A DNA stretch of 64,000 nt from an uncultured PS1 clade bacterium (GCA_902608415.1 CACLNZ010000003.1:4949-68948), one strand, 5' to 3'; shown: positions 51,420-61,844, numbered from the stretch's first letter. Notes: generated by a model not told the origin, from the letters alone. Numbers and translations are program-made.

Positions 51420-52394
51420 ATGAAAAAATATGAATATGTATGGTTGGATGGATACCAACCTGAGCCTTACTTAAGAAGTAAAGTGAAAGTTACTAGCGAT
51501 AGAACGCCTCCTGAATGGTCATTTGATGGCTCATCAACACAGCAAGCTGATACTGAAGGTTCAGATTGTATTCTTATACCAGTTCAAGAGTATAAGAATC
51601 CATTATTTGGAGATTCTCTAGTAATGTGTGGAGTTCAAACAAGTGCTAGAGAAGCACATTCAACAAATATGAGGCATTCCGCCTCTGAAATTGTTACTGA
51701 TGAATGGTGGTTTGGTTTTGAACAGGAATATTTTTTTACAAATCCAGATGGATCAATTTTAGGTTGGGAAGAAGGAATTCCTGAAAGAGAACAAGGTGAA
51801 TATTATTGTGGTGTTGGTGCAGCAAATGTTAAGGGTAGAGATGTATCTGAGGCTCATTTAGAAGCTTGTCTAGAAGCTGGCATTGAGCTTACCGGGACAA
51901 ATGCTGAAGTTGCCTTAGGTCAATGGGAATATCAGTGCTTGGGTAAAGGTATAAAAGCTGGTGATGACTTATGGATGAGCAGATACCTTCTTCAGAAAGT
52001 TGGTGAAGAATTCGATGTTTGTGTGAACTTTCATCCTAAGCCTCAAGCGGGTGACTGGAATGGCTCTGGAATGCATACCAACTTTTCCAATGAACAAATG
52101 AGATCGAATGGTACTGAAGAACTTTTTACAGGTTTTTGTGAAAAGCTTGGTGAAGTTCATGATCAAGGTATAGCTTCTTACGGTTCAGATAATGATAAAA
52201 GACTTACTGGTTCTCATGAAACACAAAAAATTACTGAATTTTCTTACGGTGTAAGTGATAGAGGTGCAAGTATTCGTATTCCTATTTACACTGTAGACCA
52301 CAATTGGAATGGATATCTTGAGGATAGAAGGCCTGCATCAAATGCTGATCCTTATAAAATCATTTCACATATTGTTGGCACTTTAACAGGTTAA
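51420..52394 (+). CDS. glnII: glutamine synthetase type II (eukaryote-like GSII)
   Basis: 324 aa from the ATG at 51420, which has a GGAG SD. KYEYVWLDGY, WSFDGSSTQQA, WWFGFEQEYF, NAEVALGQWEYQ, DWNGSGMHTNFS, NDKRLTGSHET and YLEDRRPASNADPY match the GSII family (for example rhizobial GlnII) rather than dodecameric GSI. Confidence 0.9.
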   Translation: MKKYEYVWLDGYQPEPYLRSKVKVTSDRTPPEWSFDGSSTQQADTEGSDCILIPVQEYKNPLFGDSLVMCGVQTSAREAHSTNMRHSASEIVTDEWWFGFEQEYFFTNPDGSILGWEEGIPEREQGEYYCGVGAANVKGRDVSEAHLEACLEAGIELTGTNAEVALGQWEYQCLGKGIKAGDDLWMSRYLLQKVGEEFDVCVNFHPKPQAGDWNGSGMHTNFSNEQMRSNGTEELFTGFCEKLGEVHDQGIASYGSDNDKRLTGSHETQKITEFSYGVSDRGASIRIPIYTVDHNWNGYLEDRRPASNADPYKIISHIVGTLTG

Positions 52395-52411
52395 GGCTAA
52401 GTACATATGAT

Positions 52412-52448
52412 AAAAAAAGCCCAACTTACTAGTTGGGCTTTTTCTTTT
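52412..52448 (+). terminator. intrinsic terminator after glnII
   Basis: A-run, then AGCCCAACT (52418-52426), loop TACT, AGTTGGGCT (52431-52439), then TTTTCTTTT. The 9-bp stem is perfect and GC-rich. Confidence 0.8.
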
Positions 52449-52484
52449 CCTCGAATCAATCTTTATATAAATGTTTAATTCACA

Positions 52485-54425
52485 ATGAATAAAACAAAAA
52501 AATACGATGCTTCTTCTATAGAAGTTCTTGAAGGTCTAGAACCAGTTAGGAGAAGGCCTGGAATGTATATTGGGGGAACAGATAATACTTCAATGCATCA
52601 TTTATTTTCGGAAGTTATTGATAATGCTATGGATGAAGCAGTTGCAAATTTTGCATCATTTATAGAAGTAAAGGTTGAAAACGATAATACTATAACTGTT
52701 TATGATAATGGAAGAGGTATACCTATTGATCCGCACCCTAGTTTTCCAAATAAATCTGCTTTAGAGGTAATAATGACAACCCTTCATGCAGGCGGTAAAT
52801 TTAGTAATAAGGTTTATCAAACATCTGGTGGGCTTCATGGTGTTGGTATAAGTGTAGTTAATGCTCTTTCAGAATTTGTAGATGTTGAAATTTATAGAGA
52901 CAAAAAAATATATAATCAAAGATTCTCAAAGGGGCACCCTACTTCAAAACTAAAAGAATTAAAAAAGAAAACTAATAAAAAAGGAACAAAAATTAGTTTT
53001 AAGCCTGATCCTGAAGTATTTGGGTTAGATAATTATTTTAATTGCAAAAAATTATATAATTTTAGTAAATCTAAAGCTTATCTTTTTGCTGGCGTTGAGA
53101 TTAGATGGTTTTGTGAAGATGAAATCGCAAAAAAGGAAAATATACCATTAAATGATGTATTTAAATTTTCAAATGGTCTTATTGATTTAGTAGAAAATGA
53201 AGTTGATGAAAAGATATCTTTACTAACTGAGATCTTTTCAGGAAATAGAGAAAAAGACAAAAATAACTTATCATTTGAATGGGCAATTAATTGGTCTTTA
53301 GGTAATAATCCATTCCTAAATTCTTACTGTAATACCGTTCCAACCCCTCAAGGAGGGACTCATGAGATAGGGTTAAAAGGTGGACTCTTAAAGGCAATAA
53401 AATCACACGGAGAAAGAACCGGGGATAAAGTTGCACAAAAAATTAACTCTGATGATTTAAGTAAAAACCTAATAGGTGCAATATCAGTTTTTCTTCCCGA
53501 TCCTAAATTTCAAGGACAGACAAAAGATAAACTTTCAAATAAATCAATTCAAAAGGTCATCGAAAATGCCATAAAGGATAGATTTGAAACTCTTTTATCT
53601 AACTCTCCTCAACAAACTGAAGCATTATTAAAATATTTATATTCAATAACTGAAGAAAGATTAAAGAAAAAGCAAGATAAAGAAACTTCGAGGAAAAGTG
53701 CAATTAGGAAATTAAGACTTCCTGGTAAATTAGCTGATTGTTCTCAAGGAAATAGTGAGGGCACTGAATTATTTATAGTAGAAGGTGATAGCGCCGGCGG
53801 ATCTGCAAAACAAGCGAGAGATAGAAGATTTCAAGCTATTCTACCGCTAAGAGGAAAAGTTCTTAATGTAGCTAATTCAACTAAATCCAAAATAAATGAT
53901 AATCAACAAATATCTGATCTTATACAAGCACTAGGTTGTGGATCTCGAGATCTTTATAATGAAAGCGGCTTAAGATATGAAAAAATCATTATAATGACTG
54001 ATGCTGATGTGGATGGTGCGCATATTGCATCATTATTAATCACTTTCTTTCATGAAGAAATTCCTGAGATAATCGACCAAGGAAAATTATTCTTAGCTGT
54101 ACCGCCACTTTATAAGATTTCACAAGGTAAAAAAGTTTTTTATGCAAAGGATGATCATGATAGAGATGAAATGATTAAACATCATCTCGATGAAACAAAA
54201 AAAATTGAAATAAACAGATTTAAGGGTTTAGGCGAAATGATGCCTGCTCAACTAAAAGAAACAACAATGCTACCTGGTAACAGAACATTATTGAGAATAG
54301 TTAATCCTGAAGATAGAAAAAAAGCATCTAAAACAGTTGTAAGTAATTTGATGGGCAATAAACCTGAATTAAGGTTTGAATTCATTAGAGAAAAGGCTAA
54401 TCTATACGACAATATTAGAAGTTAA
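52485..54425 (+). CDS. parE: DNA topoisomerase IV subunit B
   Basis: 646 aa with a GHKL ATPase N-terminus (LEGLEPVRRRPGMYIGGT, EVIDNAMDEA) and a TOPRIM domain (ELFIVEGDSAGGSAK; IMTDADVDGAHI). The length and the absence of a long GyrB insertion or tail favour ParE over GyrB. Confidence 0.8.
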   Translation: MNKTKKYDASSIEVLEGLEPVRRRPGMYIGGTDNTSMHHLFSEVIDNAMDEAVANFASFIEVKVENDNTITVYDNGRGIPIDPHPSFPNKSALEVIMTTLHAGGKFSNKVYQTSGGLHGVGISVVNALSEFVDVEIYRDKKIYNQRFSKGHPTSKLKELKKKTNKKGTKISFKPDPEVFGLDNYFNCKKLYNFSKSKAYLFAGVEIRWFCEDEIAKKENIPLNDVFKFSNGLIDLVENEVDEKISLLTEIFSGNREKDKNNLSFEWAINWSLGNNPFLNSYCNTVPTPQGGTHEIGLKGGLLKAIKSHGERTGDKVAQKINSDDLSKNLIGAISVFLPDPKFQGQTKDKLSNKSIQKVIENAIKDRFETLLSNSPQQTEALLKYLYSITEERLKKKQDKETSRKSAIRKLRLPGKLADCSQGNSEGTELFIVEGDSAGGSAKQARDRRFQAILPLRGKVLNVANSTKSKINDNQQISDLIQALGCGSRDLYNESGLRYEKIIIMTDADVDGAHIASLLITFFHEEIPEIIDQGKLFLAVPPLYKISQGKKVFYAKDDHDRDEMIKHHLDETKKIEINRFKGLGEMMPAQLKETTMLPGNRTLLRIVNPEDRKKASKTVVSNLMGNKPELRFEFIREKANLYDNIRS

Positions 54426-54444
54426 TGTTCTTAAGGAGTTATTC

Positions 54445-55236
54445 ATGGATTTTAATAAGATAAGTTTGGAAGTTTCTGACAATATTGGAATTATGAGATT
54501 TAATGATCCTACCGTAAGAAATGCAGTCTCAGCAGAAATGTTGGAAGGTATATGGGAGTGTCTTAATGAAATTGAAAAAAAGGATTCAAAAATAAAATGT
54601 CTTTTAATTACCGGTGAAGGAAAAGGTTTCTGTGCTGGTGCAAATTTATCTACTGGCTCAGAAAAATCTAACTCTGGTAGACAAGATGCCGGTCACGCTC
54701 TTGAGACAATGTATCATCCGATATTAAGAAGATTAAAAAATATGAATATTCCTATTGTAACTGCAGTTAATGGTGCAGCTGCAGGAATAGGAATGTCTTT
54801 TGCATTAATGGGTGATATTGTTATAGCTTCAAAATCTGCTTTTTTTCTTCAAGCTTTTAGAAGGATAGGTCTTGTTCCTGATGGCGGGTCAACATGGCTT
54901 CTTCCAAGGTTAATAGGTAATGCAAGAGCCAAAGAACTATCAATTCTAGGTGAAAGATTGCCAGCTGAAAAAGCCTATGATTGGGGGTTGATTAATAGAT
55001 TAACTGAAGACGATGAACTATTAAATAATTCTATGGAAATTTGTAAAGAATTAGCGAATGGCCCCATGTCCTTAAGGCTTATAAGAAAAGCCTTCTGGGA
55101 AAGCTCAGACAATACCTATGAGGAACAACTTAATTTAGAGAGGGAGCTTCAATTCGAGGCTGGAAATTCAGAAGACTTTAAAGAGGGAGTAAGAGCTTTT
55201 CTTGATAAAAGAGACGCCGAATTTAAAGGTAATTAG
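54445..55236 (+). CDS. enoyl-CoA hydratase/isomerase (crotonase) family protein
   Basis: 263 aa from the ATG at 54445, which has an AAGGAG SD at 54433. Contains the crotonase oxyanion region GEGKGFCAGANL and NGAAAGIGMSFAL. The ORF-track start (54376) lies inside parE. Confidence 0.88.
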   Translation: MDFNKISLEVSDNIGIMRFNDPTVRNAVSAEMLEGIWECLNEIEKKDSKIKCLLITGEGKGFCAGANLSTGSEKSNSGRQDAGHALETMYHPILRRLKNMNIPIVTAVNGAAAGIGMSFALMGDIVIASKSAFFLQAFRRIGLVPDGGSTWLLPRLIGNARAKELSILGERLPAEKAYDWGLINRLTEDDELLNNSMEICKELANGPMSLRLIRKAFWESSDNTYEEQLNLERELQFEAGNSEDFKEGVRAFLDKRDAEFKGN

Positions 55237-55237
55237 T

Positions 55238-55618
55238 TTAATTTTTAGTAAACTCAACTGGAATTTCAGCTTGCTCTAAAGTTACTGACTCACCACATCC
55301 ACATTCATCAGTTTGATTGGGGTTGTTAAATATAAAACCTGAATTTAATTTTGTTTCTTCATAGTCAAGCTCAGTTCCCAGTAAAAATAAGAGCGCAGCG
55401 TTATCAACTATAACATTAATATTATTAAGCTTTACAATTTCTCCGCCAACATCAAGATCCTCAACATAATCCATGGTATATGCCATTCCAGCGCAACCAC
55501 CATTTTCAACACCAATTTTAATGGCCTTTATATCTTTTTCAGATTGATTAATTAAATGCTCTAACCTCTTAACCGCCTCTGGGGTTGCTGACATAATTTT
55601 TGTGCTAACTTTGTTCAT
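55238..55618 (-). CDS. sufA: A-type iron-sulfur cluster carrier (SufA/ErpA/IscA family)
   Basis: 126 aa with GCAGMAY and a C-terminal CGCGESV cysteine motif. Last gene of the suf operon. An internal ATG at 55594 (MSATPEAVKRL) is an alternative start. Confidence 0.85.
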   Translation of the reverse strand: MNKVSTKIMSATPEAVKRLEHLINQSEKDIKAIKIGVENGGCAGMAYTMDYVEDLDVGGEIVKLNNINVIVDNAALLFLLGTELDYEETKLNSGFIFNNPNQTDECGCGESVTLEQAEIPVEFTKN

Positions 55619-55628
55619 AATTAAACCA

Positions 55629-55952
55629 TTAAAACATATTCAATGTTAATCTAGCCTCATCTGACATTAAACTCATATCCCATGGAGGATCAAAAACCAT
55701 TTCAACAATAACATCGTTTACTCCATCTACCTGTTTAATAGCATCTTCAACCCATTTAGGCATTTCTTCTGCAACTGGACATCCTGGAGCTGTTAAAGTC
55801 ATTGTCACCTTTATATTGTTATTAATTTCTTCATTAATCCCATAAATAAGCCCTAACTCATAAATATCAACAGGTATTTCAGGATCATAAACTGTTTTTA
55901 ATGCCTCAATCAACTTATTATGTTCTATTTTTTCTGTCATTTTTAAAACCAT
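55629..55952 (-). CDS. sufT: DUF59/SufT-like Fe-S assembly protein
   Basis: 107 aa with VYDPEIPVDIYELGLIY and TLTAPGCPV motifs of the MIP18/DUF59 family, placed between sufS and sufA. Confidence 0.8.
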   Translation of the reverse strand: MVLKMTEKIEHNKLIEALKTVYDPEIPVDIYELGLIYGINEEINNNIKVTMTLTAPGCPVAEEMPKWVEDAIKQVDGVNDVIVEMVFDPPWDMSLMSDEARLTLNMF

Positions 55953-55953
55953 A

Positions 55954-57174
55954 CTACTTAAATAAAGATATTGACCTTTCTAACGCTTCAATAAAATTAT
56001 CAATATCCTTTTGGTTTGTATACATTGCTATTGAAGCTCTTGCAGATGCATTAATTCCTAATAAATCCATTAAAGGACCACAGCAATGTTGTCCTGCTCT
56101 TATTGCTACACCATAATTATCAATTATTGTAGAAATATCATGAGGATGCTGACCTTCTACATTAAATGTAATAATAGGGCTATCTATATTTTCTTCACCA
56201 TAAATAACGATATCTTTAACTGTCTTAATTTGATTATGTAAATAATTAGATATCTTAAGTTCGTGATCAAACAAGCCTTCTTTTATTTTCTTCTCAAAAT
56301 AATTTATTGCCATTCCTAAACCTACTGCGCCTGTAATATTAGGCGTACCAGCCTCAAATTTATTTGGAGCCTCGCTATATGTAATATTTTCTTTTTGGAC
56401 ATATTTAATCATATCTCCTCCACCTCTCCATGGACGCATTCTTTCTAGATATTGACTCTTGGCATAAAGAATACCAATTCCATTTGGTCCATAAAGTTTA
56501 TGACCGGAAAATAAATAAAAATCACAATCTAATTCTTGAACATCAATTTTTTCATGGACAACGCCTTGGCAGCCGTCAATTAAAACTGGAATTCCTTGCG
56601 AGTGAGATAAATCGATTATATTTTTAATATTAGGTGAAGCACCAAGAACATTAGACATTTGAGTTATAGCTATAAATTTAGTTTTAGAAGTTATTGCTTT
56701 TTCAAATTGATTAATATCAAACTTTCCATTTTGATCACAATCAATCCATTTAATTTGAATCCCTTTTCTTTCTCTTAAAAAATGCCATGGAACAATATTT
56801 GCATGATGCTCCATTGTAGTAATAATTATTTCATCACCTTGGGATAAATTCTCATCTGCATAAGAGCTAGCTACAAGGTTTACACTATCAGTTCCTCCTG
56901 AAGTAAAAATAATCTCATCTGAAGATTTTGCATTTAGAAATTTTTGAACAATCTTTCTTGATTCTTCATATGCAGAAGTAGATAGAACAGATAATGTATG
57001 CAAACCTCTATGAACATTGGAATAATCATTACTCTCAAATTGCTTAATACCTTCAAGGACTTCCATAGGTTTTTGCGAACTAGCAGCGTTATCAAGGTAG
57101 GTTAAAATATTCCCTTGTATTTCTCTTGAAAGAATTGGAAAATCTTTTCTCGTTTTCTCTACATCAAAAGTCAT
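55954..57174 (-). CDS. sufS: cysteine desulfurase SufS (group II)
   Basis: 406 aa with PLP-lysine region FSGHKLYGP and active-site loop RAGQHCCGP. ATGA overlap with sufD. Confidence 0.93.
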   Translation of the reverse strand: MTFDVEKTRKDFPILSREIQGNILTYLDNAASSQKPMEVLEGIKQFESNDYSNVHRGLHTLSVLSTSAYEESRKIVQKFLNAKSSDEIIFTSGGTDSVNLVASSYADENLSQGDEIIITTMEHHANIVPWHFLRERKGIQIKWIDCDQNGKFDINQFEKAITSKTKFIAITQMSNVLGASPNIKNIIDLSHSQGIPVLIDGCQGVVHEKIDVQELDCDFYLFSGHKLYGPNGIGILYAKSQYLERMRPWRGGGDMIKYVQKENITYSEAPNKFEAGTPNITGAVGLGMAINYFEKKIKEGLFDHELKISNYLHNQIKTVKDIVIYGEENIDSPIITFNVEGQHPHDISTIIDNYGVAIRAGQHCCGPLMDLLGINASARASIAMYTNQKDIDNFIEALERSISLFK

Positions 57175-58301
57175 TTATATTCCTCAGGCAAGAATTCTCT
57201 TAAAAAACCTTTTTCTCCTAAATAAGAACTGATATGACCATCTAAAATTAGATTTATTGCATTTTTTCTTTCAAGTCCTCTTGCGCAAAGATAGAAAATC
57301 TCCTCTTCATTAAGGCTTCCTATAGTCGCCCCATGCCTACAAATGACATCATCATTAAAAATTTTCATTTGGGGTTTTGCATTCATAACTGCATTATCGG
57401 ATAGAAGAAACCCCTTACAATCTTGTTCAGCCTTGGATCCTAAAACAGAATTATGGATATCGATCATAGATTGAAAAGAACAAACTGAGTCTTTATTTAG
57501 TATTGCTCTTACACCTGATACACTTTCACAATTAGATTTACTAAAAATATTATCAACAAGAATATCATCATTTGAATTTTCTGATGGTATTGAAATCGTT
57601 TTTGATGAGCAGCTAGATCTTTCACCAATATGATTAGAAAATAATTGAAGCCTCGAAGATTCATTAGGCATTGATAAATTCTTCATATTAAAATTTGAAT
57701 GATTTAAAAGAAAAACTAAATTTGTTTCTACCAATAACCCTTGTGAAGAATTAATACGAGATATTTCGAGCTCTGATCTATTTCCAATATTATATTCTAC
57801 TAATAAATTTAAAAATCCACTTGTAGATGAGTTCACATAATTTATTTTTGCTTTTATGTTATCTGCAATATTAATAATCAATCTGGGTAAAGAAATATTT
57901 TTCTCATTATAGTTAATTTTAATTATAATTGGATCATTCTGATTATGCTTAACATCTAAAATCTTAATTTGATTTCCGCATGCAACATTTAAATCTACAA
58001 CAGACTCACCTTTAAAGAAATTGCATGGCTTTAAATAATCTTCGATAGATAAATTATTATCCGCATAATCATAAAAAAAATTATTTACTTCAAGATTTTC
58101 AATAATTATTTCTGAATTTGAAATATCATTTTTAATATATTCTTTTGATTTGGAGACTAAATCGAAATACTTCCAACTTTCATTTCTTTTATTAGGTAAA
58201 CCCTGATTAATAAAGTTATCAAATATTTTTTCTCTCTGATCAATATAATCATCAATATTATTTATATTTTCTCTAAATTTATGAAATTCAACTGATGACA
58301 T
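57171..58301 (-). CDS. sufD: Fe-S cluster assembly protein SufD
   Basis: 376 aa with a C-terminal SufB/D beta-helix region (CRHGATIGSLNEEEIFYLCARGL), positioned between sufC and sufS. Confidence 0.88.
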   Translation of the reverse strand: MSSVEFHKFRENINNIDDYIDQREKIFDNFINQGLPNKRNESWKYFDLVSKSKEYIKNDISNSEIIIENLEVNNFFYDYADNNLSIEDYLKPCNFFKGESVVDLNVACGNQIKILDVKHNQNDPIIIKINYNEKNISLPRLIINIADNIKAKINYVNSSTSGFLNLLVEYNIGNRSELEISRINSSQGLLVETNLVFLLNHSNFNMKNLSMPNESSRLQLFSNHIGERSSCSSKTISIPSENSNDDILVDNIFSKSNCESVSGVRAILNKDSVCSFQSMIDIHNSVLGSKAEQDCKGFLLSDNAVMNAKPQMKIFNDDVICRHGATIGSLNEEEIFYLCARGLERKNAINLILDGHISSYLGEKGFLREFLPEEYK

Positions 58302-59051
58302 TTAATTAAAACTCTCAAACCCATTATTTTCAATCTTTTCTGCTAAATCTTGTCCTCCAGACTCAACTATTCTACCATCAACTAATATATGAATTTTTGA
58401 AGGACTTAGTTTATCAAGTAGTTTTTTATAGTGAGTAATAACTAAGAATGAATTTTCTTCATTTTTCATTCCTACAATTCCGTCAGAAACAATATCTAAA
58501 GCATCAACATCAAGTCCGGAGTCAGTTTCATCTAAAATTGTTAAAACCGGATCTAATACTAAAAGCTGTAGAGTTTCATTCCTCTTTTTTTCACCTCCAG
58601 AAAATCCTACATTCAACTGTCTCTTTAATACTTCATCATTAATTCCAAGTATCTTAGCTTTTTCTCTAACATATTTTAGAAAGTCAGATGGACCTAATTT
58701 CTCTAAACCATTAGCCTTTCTATTTGCCTCATGAATTGTTTTTAAAAAGTTCATTAGAGTTACACCTGGGATTTCTACTGGATACTGAAAAGCCATAAAT
58801 AGCCCTAGATTAGATATCTCATTTGGCTTTAGCTCTATAATATTTTCATTTTTAAAAATAATTTGCCCTGAAGTAACTTTATAATCTTCATTTCCAGATA
58901 AAACATTTGAAAGAACAGACTTTCCTGATCCATTAGGGCCCATAATTGCATGTATTTCATTGAATGGAATAGATAAATTTAATCCTTTTAAAATTTCCTT
59001 TTCTCCTGCATTTACATGGAGATCATTTATTTCAAGTAAATTTCCGCTCAT
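58302..59051 (-). CDS. sufC: Fe-S cluster assembly ATPase SufC
   Basis: 249 aa with Walker A GPNGSGKS, signature FSGGEKKR and Walker [10 protein letters not shown]. Confidence 0.95.
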   Translation of the reverse strand: MSGNLLEINDLHVNAGEKEILKGLNLSIPFNEIHAIMGPNGSGKSVLSNVLSGNEDYKVTSGQIIFKNENIIELKPNEISNLGLFMAFQYPVEIPGVTLMNFLKTIHEANRKANGLEKLGPSDFLKYVREKAKILGINDEVLKRQLNVGFSGGEKKRNETLQLLVLDPVLTILDETDSGLDVDALDIVSDGIVGMKNEENSFLVITHYKKLLDKLSPSKIHILVDGRIVESGGQDLAEKIENNGFESFN

Positions 59052-60496
59052 CCTACACTTCCCTCTAGACTAATTTCTAGAAGTTTTTGAGCCTCAACTG
59101 CAAATTCCATAGGTAATTTTTGTAAAACTTCTTTACAAAAACCATTAACAATTAATGCAATAGCCTCTTCTTCATTAAGACCCCTCTGAAGGCAATAAAA
59201 TAATTGATCTTCAGATATTTTGGATGATGTTGCTTCATGTTCAATGGTTGAAGTCTTATTCTTAGACTCTACATAAGGAATTGTTGTAGCTGAACAATTT
59301 CCAGTTAAAAGCAAAGAGTCACATTGTGTAAAATTTCTTGAATTCTCTGATTTAGGATGGATATTAACCTGCCCCCTATATGTGTTTGAAGATGACCCAG
59401 ATGAAACACCTTTGGAAATAATTCTACTTTTTGTATTTTTCCCTAAATGAAGCATTTTAGTGCCGCTATCAACCTGTTGATAATTATTAGATATCGCAAT
59501 TGAATGAAATTCTCCTGAAGAGTTATCACCTTTTAGTATGCAACTAGGGTATTTCCATGTTATTGCTGATCCAGTTTCAACTTGTGTCCATGAAATTTTC
59601 GAATTATCGCCTCTGCAATCACCTCTTTTAGTAACAAAATTATATACACCGCCCTTACCATTTTCATCGCCAGGGTACCAATTTTGTACTGTAGAGTATT
59701 TTATCTCAGCCCCTTTTAGAGCCACCAATTCAACTACCGCGGCATGAAGTTGGTGTTCATCTCTCATTGGAGCCGTACAACCCTCAAGGTAGCTCACATA
59801 TGAGTCTTCATCAGCAATTAGCAGCGTCCTCTCAAATTGACCTGTACCAGCTGCATTTATTCTAAAATAAGTAGATAATTCCATTGGGCATGTTACTCCA
59901 GGGGGAATATAAACAAAGCTTCCATCTGAAAATACAGCAGAGTTTAATGTTGCAAAAAAATTATCTGAGTTTGGCACTACTGTTCCTAGATATTTTTTGA
60001 TTATTTCAGGATGCTCTTTAACAGCTTCAGAAAAAGAACAAAATATTACGCCATCCTCTTTTAATTTTTCTTTAAAAGTTGTTCCAAGAGATACACTATC
60101 AAATACTGCATCTACAGCAACACCTGCTAACCATTCTTGTTCCTTAAGAGGTATACCTAATTTGTTGTATGTTTCTATAAGCTTAGGATCAACTTCATCT
60201 AAGCTTTTTAGTTTTTCAGTCTCTTTAGGAGCAGAAAAATAGTATGTGTCTTGGTAATCAATTTTTGGGTATCTAAGGCTTGACCAATTTGGCTCTTTCA
60301 TTTTCAGCCATCTCTTATATGAGTCTAATCGCCAATCGAGTAGCCATTTGGGTTCTTCTTTTTTATCTGAAATAAACCTTATTACATCTTCATTTAATCC
60401 TTTTGGTGCAAAAACAGACTCAATTTCAGTCTCAAAACCAAATTCATATGGATTATTAAAGTTTTCTTCGGTAGGCTTATTTATTTTTTTATTCAA
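59048..60496 (-). CDS. sufB: Fe-S cluster assembly scaffold SufB
   Basis: 482 aa, highly conserved SufB sequence ([54 protein letters not shown]). The start read from the sequence is TTG at 60496, with AAGGGA 6 nt upstream. Confidence 0.95.
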   Translation of the reverse strand: MNKKINKPTEENFNNPYEFGFETEIESVFAPKGLNEDVIRFISDKKEEPKWLLDWRLDSYKRWLKMKEPNWSSLRYPKIDYQDTYYFSAPKETEKLKSLDEVDPKLIETYNKLGIPLKEQEWLAGVAVDAVFDSVSLGTTFKEKLKEDGVIFCSFSEAVKEHPEIIKKYLGTVVPNSDNFFATLNSAVFSDGSFVYIPPGVTCPMELSTYFRINAAGTGQFERTLLIADEDSYVSYLEGCTAPMRDEHQLHAAVVELVALKGAEIKYSTVQNWYPGDENGKGGVYNFVTKRGDCRGDNSKISWTQVETGSAITWKYPSCILKGDNSSGEFHSIAISNNYQQVDSGTKMLHLGKNTKSRIISKGVSSGSSSNTYRGQVNIHPKSENSRNFTQCDSLLLTGNCSATTIPYVESKNKTSTIEHEATSSKISEDQLFYCLQRGLNEEEAIALIVNGFCKEVLQKLPMEFAVEAQKLLEISLEGSVG

Positions 60497-60548
60497 TTTT
60501 TATCCCTTTATAGTTTCTATATGGTTAATATATTTAAATAACCAATAA

Positions 60549-61016
60549 TCAATTTATAGTCATTTTGTCGCAATCTTGCGTTAAAATTGGGGCTCTAGAT
60601 CTACCCAGAATATTGCCTTCTAGAATATCTCTTAGTGAAATATGACTTAAAAAAAGATTTATTTGTTTACCTAATTCGTCCCATAAATCATGATTTAAAC
60701 ATTTTCCAGAAATACCCGTACATGATATATGCTTCTGAGAACAGCCTTTAGCTTCAATTTTTCCTTCTATTGCATTTATAACATCACTCATAATGATATC
60801 TTCAACTTTCAAAGCAAGTTTATATCCTCCATTAGGACCTCTAACAGCCTTAACAAATCCATTTCTTTTTAAATTTGATAAAATCTGCTCTAGATAAGTT
60901 GAAGAAATATTCTGTGATTTTGCAATTTCAGAAATTTTGATTAAACTCTTATTATGTGAAAGCGCTATTTCAGTTAAAGCAAGTACAGCATATCTGCCTT
61001 TTGTTGTTAATTTCAT
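60549..61016 (-). CDS. iscR: Rrf2 family transcriptional regulator, IscR-like (Fe-S cluster-binding)
   Basis: 155 aa. MKLTTKGRYAVLAL... winged helix with LEQILSNLKRNGFVKAVRGPNGGYKL, then CSQKHISC-TGISGKC-LNH. This gives three Cys plus His spaced like the IscR cluster ligands (one extra residue in each spacer). First gene of the suf operon. Confidence 0.8.
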   Translation of the reverse strand: MKLTTKGRYAVLALTEIALSHNKSLIKISEIAKSQNISSTYLEQILSNLKRNGFVKAVRGPNGGYKLALKVEDIIMSDVINAIEGKIEAKGCSQKHISCTGISGKCLNHDLWDELGKQINLFLSHISLRDILEGNILGRSRAPILTQDCDKMTIN

Positions 61017-61094
61017 TAATCTCTCATAATTTAAATTGTTACAAATTTTCTACAGTTGTGTTAGAAACATATAGAATTTAATGTGGATTTATAA

Positions 61095-61117
61095 TTCTTG
61101 ACTAGTTTTGTCAAGAA
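61095..61117. promoter_or_regulatory. palindromic operator overlapping divergent -35 elements (candidate IscR/Rrf2 site)
   Basis: TTCTTGAC (61095-61102), 7 nt, then GTCAAGAA (61110-61117), a perfect 8-bp inverted repeat. It contains TTGACA on the minus strand, followed after 15-16 nt by TATAAA/ATAAAT (a promoter for iscR-suf), and TTGACT on the plus strand. Confidence 0.5.
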
Positions 61118-61170
61118 ATACTTCAATTTATAAATTTTTAACATTAATACTTTCGAGTAAGGTTTAATAT

Positions 61171-61821
61171 ATGCCAGAAATTATTTACAGCGGACCTAAT
61201 GGAAGATTAGAAGGCAGGATGAATGTTGTAGAAAACAAAAGATCTCCTGTTGCTATCATATTACATCCGCTTCCACAATTTGGTGGAAACATGAATAATC
61301 CAATCATTTTTAATTTGTATCACACATTTATAAAAAAAGGGTTTTCAGTTTTAAGGTTTAACTTTAGAGGAGTTGGCAAGAGCCAAGGAGAATTTGATCA
61401 AGGTATAGGGGAGTTATCAGATGCTGCTGCTTCACTTGATTGGATACAATCTCAAGTTTCAGACTCAAAAGGTTGTTGGGTTGCGGGTTATTCTTTTGGA
61501 GCTTGGATAGCAATGCAATTATTAATGAGAAGACCAGAAATAGAAGGATTTATATCTATATCACCTCCAGCAAATATGTATGATTTTAATTTCTTAGCCC
61601 CATGCCCATCCTCAGGTATTATTTTACATGGCGAAGAAGATAAAGTTGTGCCTAAAGATGATATTTTAAGATTAGTTGAAAAGCTTCAAACTCAAAGAAA
61701 TATTAATATAGATTATAAAAATATTGCAGGTGCAAATCACTTTTTTGAAAACAAAACAGAAAAACTTATAAATGAAGTCAGTAAATATCTTGACACCCGT
61801 CTAATCGGACCAGACTTTTAA
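61171..61821 (+). CDS. alpha/beta hydrolase (COG2945-like, small single-domain)
   Basis: 216 aa with HPLPQFGGNMNN, RFNFRGVG, nucleophile elbow GYSFG and C-terminal ANHFF. Function unknown. Confidence 0.75.
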   Translation: MPEIIYSGPNGRLEGRMNVVENKRSPVAIILHPLPQFGGNMNNPIIFNLYHTFIKKGFSVLRFNFRGVGKSQGEFDQGIGELSDAAASLDWIQSQVSDSKGCWVAGYSFGAWIAMQLLMRRPEIEGFISISPPANMYDFNFLAPCPSSGIILHGEEDKVVPKDDILRLVEKLQTQRNINIDYKNIAGANHFFENKTEKLINEVSKYLDTRLIGPDF

Positions 61822-61844
61822 GATAATAAATACAAGAAGAACAA

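Noticed and set aside
61082-61090. DnaA-box-like TGTGGATTT (7 of 9 matches to TGTGGATAA) in the iscR-hydrolase spacer; also considered whether a divergent spacer could be oriC
   Set aside because: It is a single imperfect box with no cluster, no AT-rich unwinding repeats and no dnaA, hemE or parAB neighbours. The spacers are only 154-188 bp.
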